A stretch of DNA of 64,000 nt. It comes from an uncultured Acidobacteriota bacterium (GTDB taxonomy: Bacteria > Acidobacteriota > Thermoanaerobaculia > Gp7-AA8). Location of the stretch: positions 1,024,001 through 1,088,000 of the forward strand of contig CAVUKB010000005.1 in NCBI GenBank assembly GCA_963741955.1, in the 5' to 3' direction. This document shows positions 18,578 to 28,919 of the stretch, in pieces. Every line of letters begins with the position of its first letter. Position 1 is the first letter of the stretch. The notes under the pieces are model-generated. The model saw nothing but the letters and a program-made list of their open reading frames with translations, did no database searches and was not told the origin of the DNA. The translations under genes and the position numbers were made by a program.

Positions 18578-20065
18578 ATGACCCAGCATGCCTTCTCTTC
18601 CGGACAGTCGCTCGCGCTCACGACGGACCTGTACGAACTGACCATGGCCTACGGCTACTGGAAGGAGAAGAAGCACCAGCAGGAAGTCGTGTTCAATCTC
18701 TTCTTCCGCAACAATCCGTTCGGCGGCGGCTTCACCATCAGTTGCGGTCTCGCGCCGCTCGCCGAGTACATCCGTGCGTTCCGCTTCTCCGACGATGACC
18801 TCGGCTACCTGGAAACCCTGAAAGGGAACGACGAGCGTCCTCTGTTCGACCGGGAGTTTCTCGACATGCTCTCCGGACTGGAGCTCGCGTGCGACATCGA
18901 CGCGATCCCCGAAGGGACGGTGGTCTTCCCGTACGAACCGCTGCTACGGGTGAAGGGTTCGATCCTCGAGGCACAGATCCTCGAGAGCGTGATGCTGAAC
19001 GTGATGAACTTCCAGTCGCTCATCGCGACGAAGGCGGCGCGGATCGAGATCGCAGCGGGGGGCGAGCCGATCCTCGAGTTCGGGCTTCGACGGGCACAGG
19101 GACTGGACGGTGCCCTCTCGGCCTCGCGTGCGGCGTACGTAGGAGGCGCAGTTGCGACCTCGAATCTTCTGGCTGGAAAACTCTACGGGATCCCGGTCGC
19201 CGGCACGCACGCCCACAGCTGGGTCATGCTCTTCCCCGACGAGCTCGACGCGTTTCAATCGTGGGCGCGTTCGCTCCCGAACAACTGTGTCTTCCTCGTG
19301 GACACGTATGACACGATGGCCGGTATCCGGCACGCCATCGACGCCGGTCGCTGGCTCGAGGCTCACGGCCACCGGATGATCGGCATCCGGCTCGACTCAG
19401 GAGATCTCGCCTATCTCTCGATCGAAGCGCGGAAAATGCTCGATGCGGCCGGATTCACCGGAGCTTCCATCGTCGCCAGCAACGAGCTCGACGAAGAGAT
19501 CATCACCAGCCTCAAGCTGCAGGGAGCGAAGATCAACGTCTGGGGCGTCGGGACCCGGCTGGTGACCGGCTGGGGTCAGCCGGCGCTCGGAGGAATCTAC
19601 AAGCTCACCGCGGTTCGCGACGCGAAGGGCGAATGGGAGCACAAGCTGAAGGTCTCCGAGGAATCCGCGAAGATCTCTACGCCCGGGATCCTGCAGGTGC
19701 GGCGATTCTTCACCGAAAGCGAGAACGTGGGAGACATGATCTTCGATGAACTGTTGCCTCCCGCGGGCGCACCGACCATGATCCATCCGACGGACATGAC
19801 CCGCAGGAAGAGTTTCGGCCGAACCACGTCGCACGAAGATCTCCTCGTGCCGCTCTTTCGCCATGGGCAGCTGGTCAGTGACAGCCCTTCACTCCAGGAG
19901 ATTCGTGAACGGGTGGTCCGCCAGCTGAAGATGTTCCATCCCGGGATCAAGCGATTCGTCAATCCACACGTCTACCCCGTCGGACTCGAGCAGCAGCTCC
20001 ACAAGTTGAAGACGGACCTGATTCTGACTATGAGGGAGCGGCCGCCGGCAGACGCCGCCGAGTGA
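18578..20065 (+). CDS. pncB: Nicotinate phosphoribosyltransferase
   Basis: [45 protein letters not shown]. Confidence 0.96.
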   Translation: MTQHAFSSGQSLALTTDLYELTMAYGYWKEKKHQQEVVFNLFFRNNPFGGGFTISCGLAPLAEYIRAFRFSDDDLGYLETLKGNDERPLFDREFLDMLSGLELACDIDAIPEGTVVFPYEPLLRVKGSILEAQILESVMLNVMNFQSLIATKAARIEIAAGGEPILEFGLRRAQGLDGALSASRAAYVGGAVATSNLLAGKLYGIPVAGTHAHSWVMLFPDELDAFQSWARSLPNNCVFLVDTYDTMAGIRHAIDAGRWLEAHGHRMIGIRLDSGDLAYLSIEARKMLDAAGFTGASIVASNELDEEIITSLKLQGAKINVWGVGTRLVTGWGQPALGGIYKLTAVRDAKGEWEHKLKVSEESAKISTPGILQVRRFFTESENVGDMIFDELLPPAGAPTMIHPTDMTRRKSFGRTTSHEDLLVPLFRHGQLVSDSPSLQEIRERVVRQLKMFHPGIKRFVNPHVYPVGLEQQLHKLKTDLILTMRERPPADAAE

Positions 20066-20072
20066 CGGACGA

Positions 20073-21812
20073 TCACCTCCGATTGGAGGCACGGTCCTGG
20101 TCGGATGAGCCGATGATGGACTGTGCTGCGAATCCCGTCGAGTGCGAGACGAAGTCGAGAACTCCGACACTGATCCGGCTCGTCGCGACGTCGCCGGAAA
20201 GCTGGAGCACGAGCCTCACTTCCTTCCTCCGCTCGGCAGCGGACGCGGCGAAGCGGAACTGCTGATGTCGTTTGTCGACCTTCGAAACGCTTCCGTCCTT
20301 CCGGAGGAAGCCGATGTAAAGGTCGAACTGACCGGTGAGATCGTCTCCGTCCGGAATGAGCGTCAGGCTGTCCATCGGAATGACGATCTCCAGCGGCATG
20401 CTCATCTTCCGCCCCGAAACCCGGGGGGCTCCGACGTGCAACGCGATCTTCATTTCGTTTCCGCGGGCCGGATAGAAGAGGTTCGCGGCCACGGCATCGC
20501 GCAGGTCCGATTCGAGCGAGCGCTCCACCAGGGAGCGGCGGGAACGAACCCGGTAGTCGGGATTCTTCACCCGGACCTCGAGCGACCGGACCCGGTCGAC
20601 CTTCTCTCCGGACGCGCGGTATCCGAGCGAGTAGTAGCTGCTGAAGTCCTTCCGGATGGTGTCGAGCGCGAGCTCGAAGTTGTTCGAACCGACCACGGCG
20701 ATCCCGCCGGTCGCACTGGCGAGAGCGCGCAACGGCTGGGCATCGTTGACCGCCTTGAGGTTCGACGCACCTCGAACCGCGATCTGCATGTCCATCTCCA
20801 GACGTGGATTGACGTCTGCGGCTCCATCGCTCGCGGACGAACCCGCCTGGATCGGATAGATCGTGAAGCCGCTCGCATTCGCGATGTCACTGATCGATTG
20901 AATCTCGTGCTCCGCGCTGTAGCGGTTCGCGTCCGAGATTGCTGAGCGGCTCCGGCCATCCTTGAACCGCTCCCGGATACCGTCGATGAATTCGAACATC
21001 TCCAGGCCCGGCTGGGCGGGAAGCGACTCGGTCATGAAGACCAGAATCTTCTTTCCATCCACGGCTGCCATCGACGCCATCAGCGCGTTCATCGCCCCCG
21101 TCGTCGCCCTCTCGTCCCGGAAGACGGCGTCGGCGTACTGACGTGCCTCCCTCAATCCTTCTTCCATCAGCGGTTTCTCTCCACCCATCATCTTCGCCTG
21201 TTCGAAAACGTCCAGGACCCGCTCCTGGGCGTCGGAGAGACGTCGCACCCGTTCCGCTCCGCTGGTGGTGGTCGAGGAGAGCCGTTCGAGGATGTGATGC
21301 GCCGCGTTCACGTCGGTGGTGAACGGGAGCTCGATCTTCAGGTCGTGATTCCAGGAGACGATCATCACTTCGTCCGACGGACGCATGGCCTGGCGGACGA
21401 AATCGTCGAGCGCAGGAAAGATCCGGTTCCGGTTGAACGGGTGGAGGGTCGATTCGTCGACGAAAAGCACGATCCGGCGGCGGCGTTCCTCGACCGGCTC
21501 CTGCTCCGCGACCGGTTGCGTCTCGGCAGGAGCGGCGTCGGTCTGCGGCGGCTTTTCGGACGGCTTCACTTCGAAGAAGTTCGTGATCGGTATCTGATGG
21601 CCGTTCTCGATCAGCTCGAAGTCGTCCTTCGTGAGCCCGTGTACCGGCCGTCCCTTCCGATCGGTGACGACCGCATCCACGTTGATGATGCGTACGTCGA
21701 TCGTCTCGACGTAGGGCATCGGCTTCTCCTGTGCGGCCGCCAGGGACGCGAGGAGAACGGCCGGAGCGAACCAGAGCACCATTCTCTTCATTGGGGTTCT
21801 CTTTGCGACCAT
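20073..21812 (-). CDS. VWA domain protein (acidobacterial VWFA-related type)
   Basis: INVDAVVTDRKGRPVHGLTKDDFELIENG, LASATGG, YYSLGY, RSLEVRVK; signal peptide. The start may be ATG 21791. Confidence 0.88.
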   Translation of the reverse strand: MVAKRTPMKRMVLWFAPAVLLASLAAAQEKPMPYVETIDVRIINVDAVVTDRKGRPVHGLTKDDFELIENGHQIPITNFFEVKPSEKPPQTDAAPAETQPVAEQEPVEERRRRIVLFVDESTLHPFNRNRIFPALDDFVRQAMRPSDEVMIVSWNHDLKIELPFTTDVNAAHHILERLSSTTTSGAERVRRLSDAQERVLDVFEQAKMMGGEKPLMEEGLREARQYADAVFRDERATTGAMNALMASMAAVDGKKILVFMTESLPAQPGLEMFEFIDGIRERFKDGRSRSAISDANRYSAEHEIQSISDIANASGFTIYPIQAGSSASDGAADVNPRLEMDMQIAVRGASNLKAVNDAQPLRALASATGGIAVVGSNNFELALDTIRKDFSSYYSLGYRASGEKVDRVRSLEVRVKNPDYRVRSRRSLVERSLESDLRDAVAANLFYPARGNEMKIALHVGAPRVSGRKMSMPLEIVIPMDSLTLIPDGDDLTGQFDLYIGFLRKDGSVSKVDKRHQQFRFAASAAERRKEVRLVLQLSGDVATSRISVGVLDFVSHSTGFAAQSIIGSSDQDRASNRR

Positions 21813-21882
21813 CGTACTACGAGACCGTCTGCAGCCTTTCTACGGAACGGAAACGTTTTCGTTTCGGTGGCCGGCGGCGGAA

Positions 21883-22833
21883 TCAACGGGAACGGATGAA
21901 GCGGGCGATGGATCGGGCGAGCTCCGGCTCGGATCCGTGGAATCCGTGATCGGTATCGGAAAGGATGCGGAACGTGAATTTCCGCGGGACCGGGGCGTAC
22001 TTCCGCATCGCCTCCATGCAACCCTCGACGTCTCCGTAGCAGAATTCGTCGTTCTCCCCGAACACTACCAGCGTCGGTTTGCGGATGGTGCGGTACTCGA
22101 GGAACGGTGTTTTCCGGGAAAGACGTGGCCCCCGGGTGACTTCGAGAAACGGGAAGACGTTGTAGTCACCGTCGGGGTTGATGGTGTCGTACATCGAGGC
22201 CCACGACATCAGGTATGGCGAGACCCATCGCGGAACGAGTTTCTCGCCGCGACCCCGATCGACCTCCTCCCGGCACCGCTCGAGCGCCCGGCGGAAGCGT
22301 TCGGGACCCGCCGCGGCGTAATAGAGACCGGTGTCGTCCCCCGGCCCGAGCAGCACGTAGCGCGTCGCGCGATTCCTCGGTTTGAGCGCGTTGTAGACGC
22401 AGATCTTGTTCGCTCCCGTCGAATGTCCGACCAGATGAAATCGCTCGTACCCTTCCTTCCGGAGCATGGAGATCGCGCCGTCGATGTCGTGTACGCAGTC
22501 GCGAATCAGCTCGTATGCCGTCCCCCCGAGCACCCGTTCGCTCTCGTCTCCCTTCGTCCGCTGCAGCCGTTTGACTTGCAGCGCACCGCGGTTGTTGAAG
22601 GCGAACCACGCGATCCCGCGACGGGTCAGCTCTTCGCCGAGAATGTTTGTCCGGCCCGCGTAGAAGACGGACGCGTCGCCGTTTCCGTGAAGGAAGATCG
22701 CCGCGTCGCGCGAGCGTCTTGCCGGCTCGTAGAGGAGCCCGGGGAGAACGACACCGTCGGTCGCCTGAAAGCGAATCAGGCGAAGCTTCACGCCGGCGTC
22801 GGCTCGCGGTTGTCGCGGTTTACGGATGCTCAC
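21883..22833 (-). CDS. Alpha/beta hydrolase (DUF1749-like)
   Basis: IFLHGNG, LVGHSTGANK nucleophile elbow, DTDHGF; GTG start overlaps the upstream stop (GTGA). Confidence 0.85.
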   Translation of the reverse strand: MSIRKPRQPRADAGVKLRLIRFQATDGVVLPGLLYEPARRSRDAAIFLHGNGDASVFYAGRTNILGEELTRRGIAWFAFNNRGALQVKRLQRTKGDESERVLGGTAYELIRDCVHDIDGAISMLRKEGYERFHLVGHSTGANKICVYNALKPRNRATRYVLLGPGDDTGLYYAAAGPERFRRALERCREEVDRGRGEKLVPRWVSPYLMSWASMYDTINPDGDYNVFPFLEVTRGPRLSRKTPFLEYRTIRKPTLVVFGENDEFCYGDVEGCMEAMRKYAPVPRKFTFRILSDTDHGFHGSEPELARSIARFIRSR

Positions 22834-23732
22834 GGACGGCTCCGGGATGCGCGCCACTCTTCCCACTGTGAGTCGAGCGACGAGAGGAATGTCTTCGACT
22901 CGGGGTGCCATCCCAACCGCTCGCGGGTCGCCGCGCTCGAAACGTGCTGATCGACGGCGAGCGCGTCCGCAAAAGCTTCGCCGAGATCCCGTCTCGCAGC
23001 GTCGAGCGGCACCAGTTCGACAGCGGAATGATGCGACCCGGTCCGGGCGACCGCCTCTGCCATGGTTCGCATCGCGTCCCGCGTATCGTCCGTCGCGTGC
23101 AGGATTCCCGTTGCCCGCAGCTCGAGCGCCTTCACGTAGCATCGCGCCAGGTCGCGCACGTGGATCATCGCCCAGTGGTTCCGGCCATCGCCGACGACTC
23201 TCAGCGGCGACCCTTTCTCGGATCTGGCGAACCAATCTTCGAGCAGGCTCTGCGCGCCACCGTAAACGCATCCGGGCCGGATGACGGCAGTCTTCACTCC
23301 CTCTCCGGCTTCGAGCACCCGCGCCTCGTGAGGGGCACGCCACGCGGAGATCGGCAGAGGCCTGGTCGGGGAATCCTCGCGAACGGCGGCGTCTCCGGTA
23401 TTGCCGAAGATCCAGACGCCGGAGGTGTAGAGGAAGAAGGAGCCGGCGGGGGCGTGCTCGAGAACGACGTCGATGGTGAGACGGTCCAATTCGGAGGTCC
23501 GCCCCCCTCCGGCCATAGCGGTGTGGACGAACGCGTCGTGCCTCGAAAGGAGGTCTCCCATCCCGGGAAGCGACTCGAGCGACCCCTCGACGAGATCGAC
23601 GCCCGGAGCGGCGAGCGGAGCGGCGGAGCTGGCATCGCGGACGAGTCCAGTCACCTGATGGCCGGATCTCTGCAATTCGTTCAGAACGGCACGTCCGATC
23701 AGACCGGTCGTGCCGGTGAGGAAAATTTTCAT
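22830..23732 (-). CDS. NAD-dependent epimerase/dehydratase family protein
   Basis: MKIFLTGTTGLIG, YTSGVW, IRPGCVYG, IHVRDLA; RBS GGAGG. Confidence 0.9.
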   Translation of the reverse strand: MKIFLTGTTGLIGRAVLNELQRSGHQVTGLVRDASSAAPLAAPGVDLVEGSLESLPGMGDLLSRHDAFVHTAMAGGGRTSELDRLTIDVVLEHAPAGSFFLYTSGVWIFGNTGDAAVREDSPTRPLPISAWRAPHEARVLEAGEGVKTAVIRPGCVYGGAQSLLEDWFARSEKGSPLRVVGDGRNHWAMIHVRDLARCYVKALELRATGILHATDDTRDAMRTMAEAVARTGSHHSAVELVPLDAARRDLGEAFADALAVDQHVSSAATRERLGWHPESKTFLSSLDSQWEEWRASRSRP

Positions 23733-23754
23733 GAATCCTCCTGAAACCTCATTA

Positions 23755-23933
23755 GCCCGCTTTTCTCACACCGTCTCTGCTGCGGAGCCGGATAGCGGCC
23801 TGTCTACTATGTCGCGCACATCTTCGGCTTCTCGACATAGTCACCACTACGCCTTCGTCGCCGAAGCTGCGCGCGCCTTGCATCCAGGCTGCTCTCCGCC
23901 TCCTCGCGACGAGATGGTGTGAGAAATGCGGGC
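23755..23933. mobile_element. MITE copy 2
   Basis: TIRs GCCCGCTTTTCTCACACC...GGTGTGAGAAATGCGGGC; lies between divergent genes. Confidence 0.82.
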
Positions 23934-24031
23934 CAGGAATGCTGCACGGACGAGTCGATCCGGCCGGATGGGATTCTATCGGAGCCGGGAAGCGTTCTCA
24001 CCCGCAGTATCAATTCAACGATGGAAACCGA

Positions 24032-25054
24032 ATGATGAGATCGTCAAACAGATCGAGGTCGATTCTCGTCTCGCTCCTGGTGGCAGTGATGTTCCTGCTT
24101 CCGGCGATTGCGGGCGCCGAAGACGTCGACCAGAACAACTTCAATGTATCGATTTCGGTCGGATACGTCATGGTCCCGTTCGTCGTGACCGCCCCGGACG
24201 GCCGACCGGTCCGGAACGTGCACTCGCGGCAGGTCGAGCTGAGAGTGGACGGGAAACTGGTGCACACGGACATGTTCGAAAGGACGGATGACGCCCCGGT
24301 ATCTTTCACGATTCTGCTGGACACCTCCGGATCGATGGGGCTGGCCGGCAAGCTGGAAGGGGCCAAGGCAGCAGTGCGGACGCTGATCAAGCGGCAGGTC
24401 CTCGGTGACGAGTACTCCCTCTGGACGTTCGATTCGAAAAACGTCACCCAGCTCGTTCCCTTCACCCGTTCCGGAACGCGGATCATCCACGCCATCGATG
24501 GGGTCAAACCGTGGGGAAAGACGGCGTTTTTCGACGCAGTCGCGAAGATGCCCGATTACTCGACGCTCGGGACGAACGGATCGCGGGCGATCATCCTCCT
24601 CACGGACGGGCTCGATAACGCATCCCGCCTCTCCGCGGCCGAGCTCGCAGCCCGGCTGGAGGGAGTGGACGTGCCGATCTATCCGCTGGGACTGAGATTT
24701 CCGGAGCGCGAAGCGCGAGAGACGGAGCACGCAGCAGAGGCGCAGACGGACCTCGCGGTGCTTCAGCGAGTGGCCAGCATCTCCGGGGGTCGGGTCGCAA
24801 TTGCCGAAGATCCGGCCAGGCTCGAGTCCGCCGTCCACCTCATCGAACGGGATCTTCGGTCGCAATATCTGATCGGATTTACTCCTACGGGACAAGGTAC
24901 TGTAAAATACCGCCGCATTTCGCTGTACGCCGGGCAGGGTCGTCTGGTTCGTGTTCGGGCGGGGTATCGAGGGACTGCTCCGCCGCTTCGCGAAGCAGAC
25001 CAACGCTCGAGTGCTCGGAATTCTCAAAACGTGAAGAAAGGAAGTTTCGAATGA
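24032..25054 (+). CDS. VWA domain protein (secreted)
   Basis: MIDAS motif LLDTSGSM, TAFFDA, ILLTDGLD, LRSQYLIGF. Confidence 0.9.
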   Translation: MMRSSNRSRSILVSLLVAVMFLLPAIAGAEDVDQNNFNVSISVGYVMVPFVVTAPDGRPVRNVHSRQVELRVDGKLVHTDMFERTDDAPVSFTILLDTSGSMGLAGKLEGAKAAVRTLIKRQVLGDEYSLWTFDSKNVTQLVPFTRSGTRIIHAIDGVKPWGKTAFFDAVAKMPDYSTLGTNGSRAIILLTDGLDNASRLSAAELAARLEGVDVPIYPLGLRFPEREARETEHAAEAQTDLAVLQRVASISGGRVAIAEDPARLESAVHLIERDLRSQYLIGFTPTGQGTVKYRRISLYAGQGRLVRVRAGYRGTAPPLREADQRSSARNSQNVKKGSFE

Positions 25055-25671
25055 AGAGCCGTCAACTTTCCTATGTTCTCGGGGTCGCTCTCGTATCAGC
25101 ATCGCTGGTCGGCTGCGCCACCAACGCCACGGTCGAGAAGAAGATCGCCGAGTCTCAGGCGCAGACCAACCAGAAGATTGATTCCGTTCAGAGTCAGGTA
25201 GAGACACTCCAGGAAAACCAGAACAAGATGCAGCAGGACATTCAGAACATCAGCCAGGAAGCCAAGGACGCGCTGAAGCGTGCCGAGGAAGCCGGTGTTC
25301 TGGCCAAGGGCAAGGTTGCGTTCGAGCAGACGCTGACGGACAACGACGTCCACTTCAAGCTCGGCAGCGACAACCTCACCGACGCCGCGAAGAAGGAGCT
25401 CGACGACTTCGCAGCCAAGGTCAAGGCGCTCGACTCTCCGTACTGGGTCGAGATCCAGGGTCACACCGACAGCACCGGTGGAGCGCGTTTCAACGAGATG
25501 CTCGGTGAGCGCCGCGCCGAGGCTGTCCGTCGTTATCTGAACCAGCAGCAGACTGTTCCGCTGGTCCGGATGTCGACGATCTCCTACGGCGAGACCATGC
25601 CGGCCGCGTCGAACAAGACCCGTGACGGACGGAAGCAGAATCGCCGCGTCGTCCTGGTCGTCCTTCAGTAA
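25051..25671 (+). CDS. OmpA/MotB-domain lipoprotein
   Basis: Lipobox LVGC, coiled coil, EIQGHTDSTG, LGERRAEAV, SYGE, NRRV. Confidence 0.93.
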   Translation: MKSRQLSYVLGVALVSASLVGCATNATVEKKIAESQAQTNQKIDSVQSQVETLQENQNKMQQDIQNISQEAKDALKRAEEAGVLAKGKVAFEQTLTDNDVHFKLGSDNLTDAAKKELDDFAAKVKALDSPYWVEIQGHTDSTGGARFNEMLGERRAEAVRRYLNQQQTVPLVRMSTISYGETMPAASNKTRDGRKQNRRVVLVVLQ

Positions 25672-25692
25672 CCATCGGCAATTCGAAGTTCG

Positions 25693-25720
25693 AGGGGAGC
25701 GCTCCGGCGCTCCCCTTTTT
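25693..25720 (+). terminator. Intrinsic terminator after the ompA-like gene
   Basis: AGGGGAGCGC-TCCG-GCGCTCCCCT followed by a T-run. Confidence 0.85.
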
Positions 25721-25789
25721 ATGCGCCGCCCGCCGAAAAGCGGCCTGACCCCTTTTCGGCTAACCCACTGAGGCACAATCGGATGCGGG

Positions 25790-26346
25790 TCGCGCGTCCG
25801 TGGGTCGCGCACTGTGGGTCGCGCATTCTGCGCGAGGCTCCCCGGCATCCTGCCGGGGAGCGATGGCCTCAACGCCTCGCGAATCGTTCCGCTCGCGCCG
25901 GAGTGCGTTCGCGTCTCTCGACTCGCGACGATCGTCGCAACTCGCCCCGGGCAGGGCGGCGCGGGACGCCGCCCTGCATCGGGCGAGGACGCCCAACCCA
26001 CTGTGCCTTCCTGCATCCGTGGGTCGCGCACTGTGGGTCGCGCATCCTGCGCGAGGCTCCCCGGCATCCTGCCGGGGAGCGATGGCCTCAACGCCTCGCG
26101 AATCGTTCCTCTCGCGCCGGAGTGAGTTCGCGTCTCTCTACTCGGGACGATCGTCGTATCTCGTCCCGGGCAGGGCGGCGCGGGACGCCGCCCTGCATCG
26201 GGCGGGGACGCCCAACCCACTGTGCCTTCCTGCATCGGGCGGGGACGCCCAACCCACTGTGCCTTCCTGCATCGGGCGAGGACGCCCAACCCACTGTGCC
26301 TTCCCGCATCGGGCGGAACGCCCAACCCACTGTGCCTCCCTGCATC
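25790..26346. repeat. REP/REPIN-like array upstream of nhaA (two ~219-bp units, the second ending in 4 x 37 bp)
   Basis: Anchor AGGCTCCCCGGCATCC at 25835 and 26054; GCATCGGGCGRGGACGCCCAACCCACTGTGCC at 26195, 26232, 26269 and 26306. Confidence 0.93.
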
Positions 26347-26403
26347 CGGGATAGCGCCGGAGGCGCGGACGAGCCCCCCTTCTGCGATGCTAAGATTCCC
26401 GTC

Positions 26404-27708
26404 GTGATCGAAGAAGTCGTCACTCCGCTTCAGCAGTTCATGCGCACCGAGGCGGCGTCCGGAGTCATCCTCGGCGTCGCGACCCTCCTCGCGCTGATCG
26501 CGGCGAATACGCCTCTGCGTACGGGCTACGAAAACTTCCTTCACCTCCACCTGATGGTGGGCGTGGGGGGATTCGTGATCGACAAAGGACTGCTTCACTG
26601 GATCAATGACGGACTGATGGCGATCTTCTTCCTCCTGGTCGGGCTGGAGATCAAGCGCGAGGTCCTGTTCGGACAGCTCTCCTCGATCCGCTCGGCGCTC
26701 CTCCCCGCGGTCGCCGCGGTCTTCGGCGCAGTAGTTCCGGCTGCGATCTTTTTTTTCCTCAATCGAGGCGCCGAGGCACTGCGGGGATGGGCGATCCCGA
26801 TGGCCACCGACATCGCGTTCGCGCTCGGAATCGTCGCGCTCCTCGGAACGAGGATTCCGAGCTGGGCCCGGGTGTTCCTGATGGCCCTCGCGGTGGTGGA
26901 CGATCTCATTGCGGTGGCGGTGATCGCGGTCTTCTACACCGAGTCGCTGAATTTCGTGGCGCTCGGTGTCGCTGGCGCCGTCGTCGTCGTTCTGATCGGA
27001 TTGAACGTAGCTCGGGTTCACGCCGTCCCGGCATACCTGGTGTGCGGGGTCGTCCTCTGGGTCGCGGTTCTCGAGTCAGGGATTCACGCCACGATCGCCG
27101 GCGTGTTCCTCGGATTTCTCGTACCTACGTTCGTCCGGAAGGTGCAGCTGAAACGGCACGAAGCGGAGAGTGACGAGCTCGAAGTGGTGGAAGGACCGTG
27201 GCCGGTGGAGCCGATGCCGGAACAACCGGAGGAGTGGCAGGTTCGGATGCAACTGGTCGAGGCGTGGATCGTCGATCACGCCTCTCCGCTGCACCGGCTG
27301 GAGCACAGACTCCATCCGGTGGTGGCGTGGCTGATCATGCCGCTCTTCGCGTTCGCAAACGCGGGCGTGGCAATCGATCCCCACTCGCTCGGCAGCCTCG
27401 GCTCTCCCCTCTCACTGGGGATCATCCTCGGGCTCTTCTTCGGAAAGCAGATCGGGATCTTCGGATCCGCGGTCCTGCTGATGAAGATGGGGCTCACGAA
27501 TCTGGCGTGGAACGGCAGGACCCTCGCGTGCCTCCACGGAGTGTCGCTGATCGCGGGGATCGGATTCACCATGTCGCTGTTCGTCGCCGGGCTCGCATTC
27601 GGAGAAGGCGATACCCTGGAGCAGTCGAAGATCGCGATTCTCGTGGCATCGGTGGCCGCCGGAGCGATCGGGTACGGCGCACTGCGCCGGCTATCCCCGG
27701 AATCGTAG
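26404..27708 (+). CDS. nhaA: Na+/H+ antiporter NhaA
   Basis: EAASG, WINDGLMAIFFLLVGLEIKRE, GWAIPMATDIAF, LAVVDDL, PLFAFANAG, GIGFTMSLF; GTG 26404 is preceded by TG-C-TAAGAT. Confidence 0.96.
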   Translation: MIEEVVTPLQQFMRTEAASGVILGVATLLALIAANTPLRTGYENFLHLHLMVGVGGFVIDKGLLHWINDGLMAIFFLLVGLEIKREVLFGQLSSIRSALLPAVAAVFGAVVPAAIFFFLNRGAEALRGWAIPMATDIAFALGIVALLGTRIPSWARVFLMALAVVDDLIAVAVIAVFYTESLNFVALGVAGAVVVVLIGLNVARVHAVPAYLVCGVVLWVAVLESGIHATIAGVFLGFLVPTFVRKVQLKRHEAESDELEVVEGPWPVEPMPEQPEEWQVRMQLVEAWIVDHASPLHRLEHRLHPVVAWLIMPLFAFANAGVAIDPHSLGSLGSPLSLGIILGLFFGKQIGIFGSAVLLMKMGLTNLAWNGRTLACLHGVSLIAGIGFTMSLFVAGLAFGEGDTLEQSKIAILVASVAAGAIGYGALRRLSPES

Positions 27709-27750
27709 GCCCGGCGAAAGCTTCCGAGCGGACAACAGAAGGGCGTCGCG

Positions 27751-28352
27751 CACCGTGGGTCGCGCATCCGTGGGTCGCGCACTGTGGGTCGCGCATTCTG
27801 CGCGAGGCTCCCCGGCATCCTGCCGGGGAGCGATGGCCTCAACGCCTCGCGAATCGTTCCTCTCGCGCCGGAGTGCGTTCGCGTCTCTCGACTCGGGACG
27901 ATCGTCGCAACTCGCCCCGGGCAGGGCGGCGCGGGACGCCGCCCTGCATCGGGCGGGGACGCCCAACCCACTGTGCCTCCCTGCATCCGTGGGTCGCGCA
28001 TCCGTGGGTCGCGCACTGTGGGTCGCGCATTCTGCGCGAGGCTCCCCGGCATCCTGCCGGGGAGCGATGGCCTCAACGCCTCGCGAATCGTTCCTCTCGC
28101 GCCGGAGTGCGTTCGCGTCTCTCTACTCGGGACGATCGTCGTATCCCGCCCCGGGCAGGGCGGCGCGGGACGCCGCCCTGCATCGGGCGAGGACGCCCAA
28201 CCCACTGTGCCTCCCTGCATCCGTGGGTCGCGCACCGTGGGTCGCGCACTGTGGGTCGCGCATTCTGCGCGAGGCTCCCCGGCATCCTGCCGGGGAGCGA
28301 TGGCTCAACGCCTCGCGAATCGTTCCTCTCGCGCCGGAGTGCGTTCGCGTCT
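27751..28352. repeat. REP/REPIN-like array downstream of nhaA (~2.5 x 233 bp), same unit and orientation as 25790-26346
   Basis: Anchor AGGCTCCCCGGCATCC at 27805, 28039 and 28272. Confidence 0.93.
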
Positions 28353-28457
28353 CTTAACCAACGCCGCCTGCGCGATGTATGCGGTTACACAGTGAAAACT
28401 CGATCGCGGTCACGGTTTCCGACCGGGACGGTCGCACCACCGGGTACAATGCACGCC

Positions 28458-28919
28458 ATGAGTGAGAGCCTTCAGGATCATTACGCGCCCAACAACAAGT
28501 GCTTCGGATGCGGGCCTTCGAATCCGAAGGGACTGCAGATCAAGAGCTTCTCCGAAGGGGACGAGGTCGTGGCGGAGTGGCACGCCGAGCCTCATCACCA
28601 GGCATTCGAGGGGATGCTGAGCGGAGGGATCACCGGAACGCTGCTCGACTGCCACAGCAACTGGACCGCCGCATACCATCTGATGAAGAGGAACGCTCTC
28701 GACGCGCCTCCGTGCACAGTGACCGCGGAGTTCCACGTCAAGCTCAGGCGGCCGACGCCACTCGAAGAGACGATCCATCTCCGGGCGCACGTGGTCGAAT
28801 CGGGCGAGGACCGCGCGGTCGTCGAGGCCTCCCTCGAGGCAGGGGGCAAAGTCACCGCGACCTGCCGCGGCGTTTTCATCGCCGTAAAGGAAGGGCATCC
28901 GGCATTCGGTCGGTGGTGA
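28458..28919 (+). CDS. PaaI-family (hotdog fold) thioesterase
   Basis: CFGCGPSNPKGL, GGITGTLLDCH, VTAEFHVKLRRPTP. Confidence 0.9.
   Translation: MSESLQDHYAPNNKCFGCGPSNPKGLQIKSFSEGDEVVAEWHAEPHHQAFEGMLSGGITGTLLDCHSNWTAAYHLMKRNALDAPPCTVTAEFHVKLRRPTPLEETIHLRAHVVESGEDRAVVEASLEAGGKVTATCRGVFIAVKEGHPAFGRW

Noticed and set aside
22834-23343. 486-aa version of the alpha/beta hydrolase
   Set aside because: The extra N-terminus overlaps the epimerase gene in another frame. A GTGA-coupled start at 22833 is more plausible.
25783-26403. Long N-terminal extension of NhaA (641-aa ORF); likewise the 573-aa ORF 27198-28919 fused to PaaI
   Set aside because: The extensions are translated REP-like repeats. Family similarity starts at ~26404 and 28458, each with its own -10-like element.
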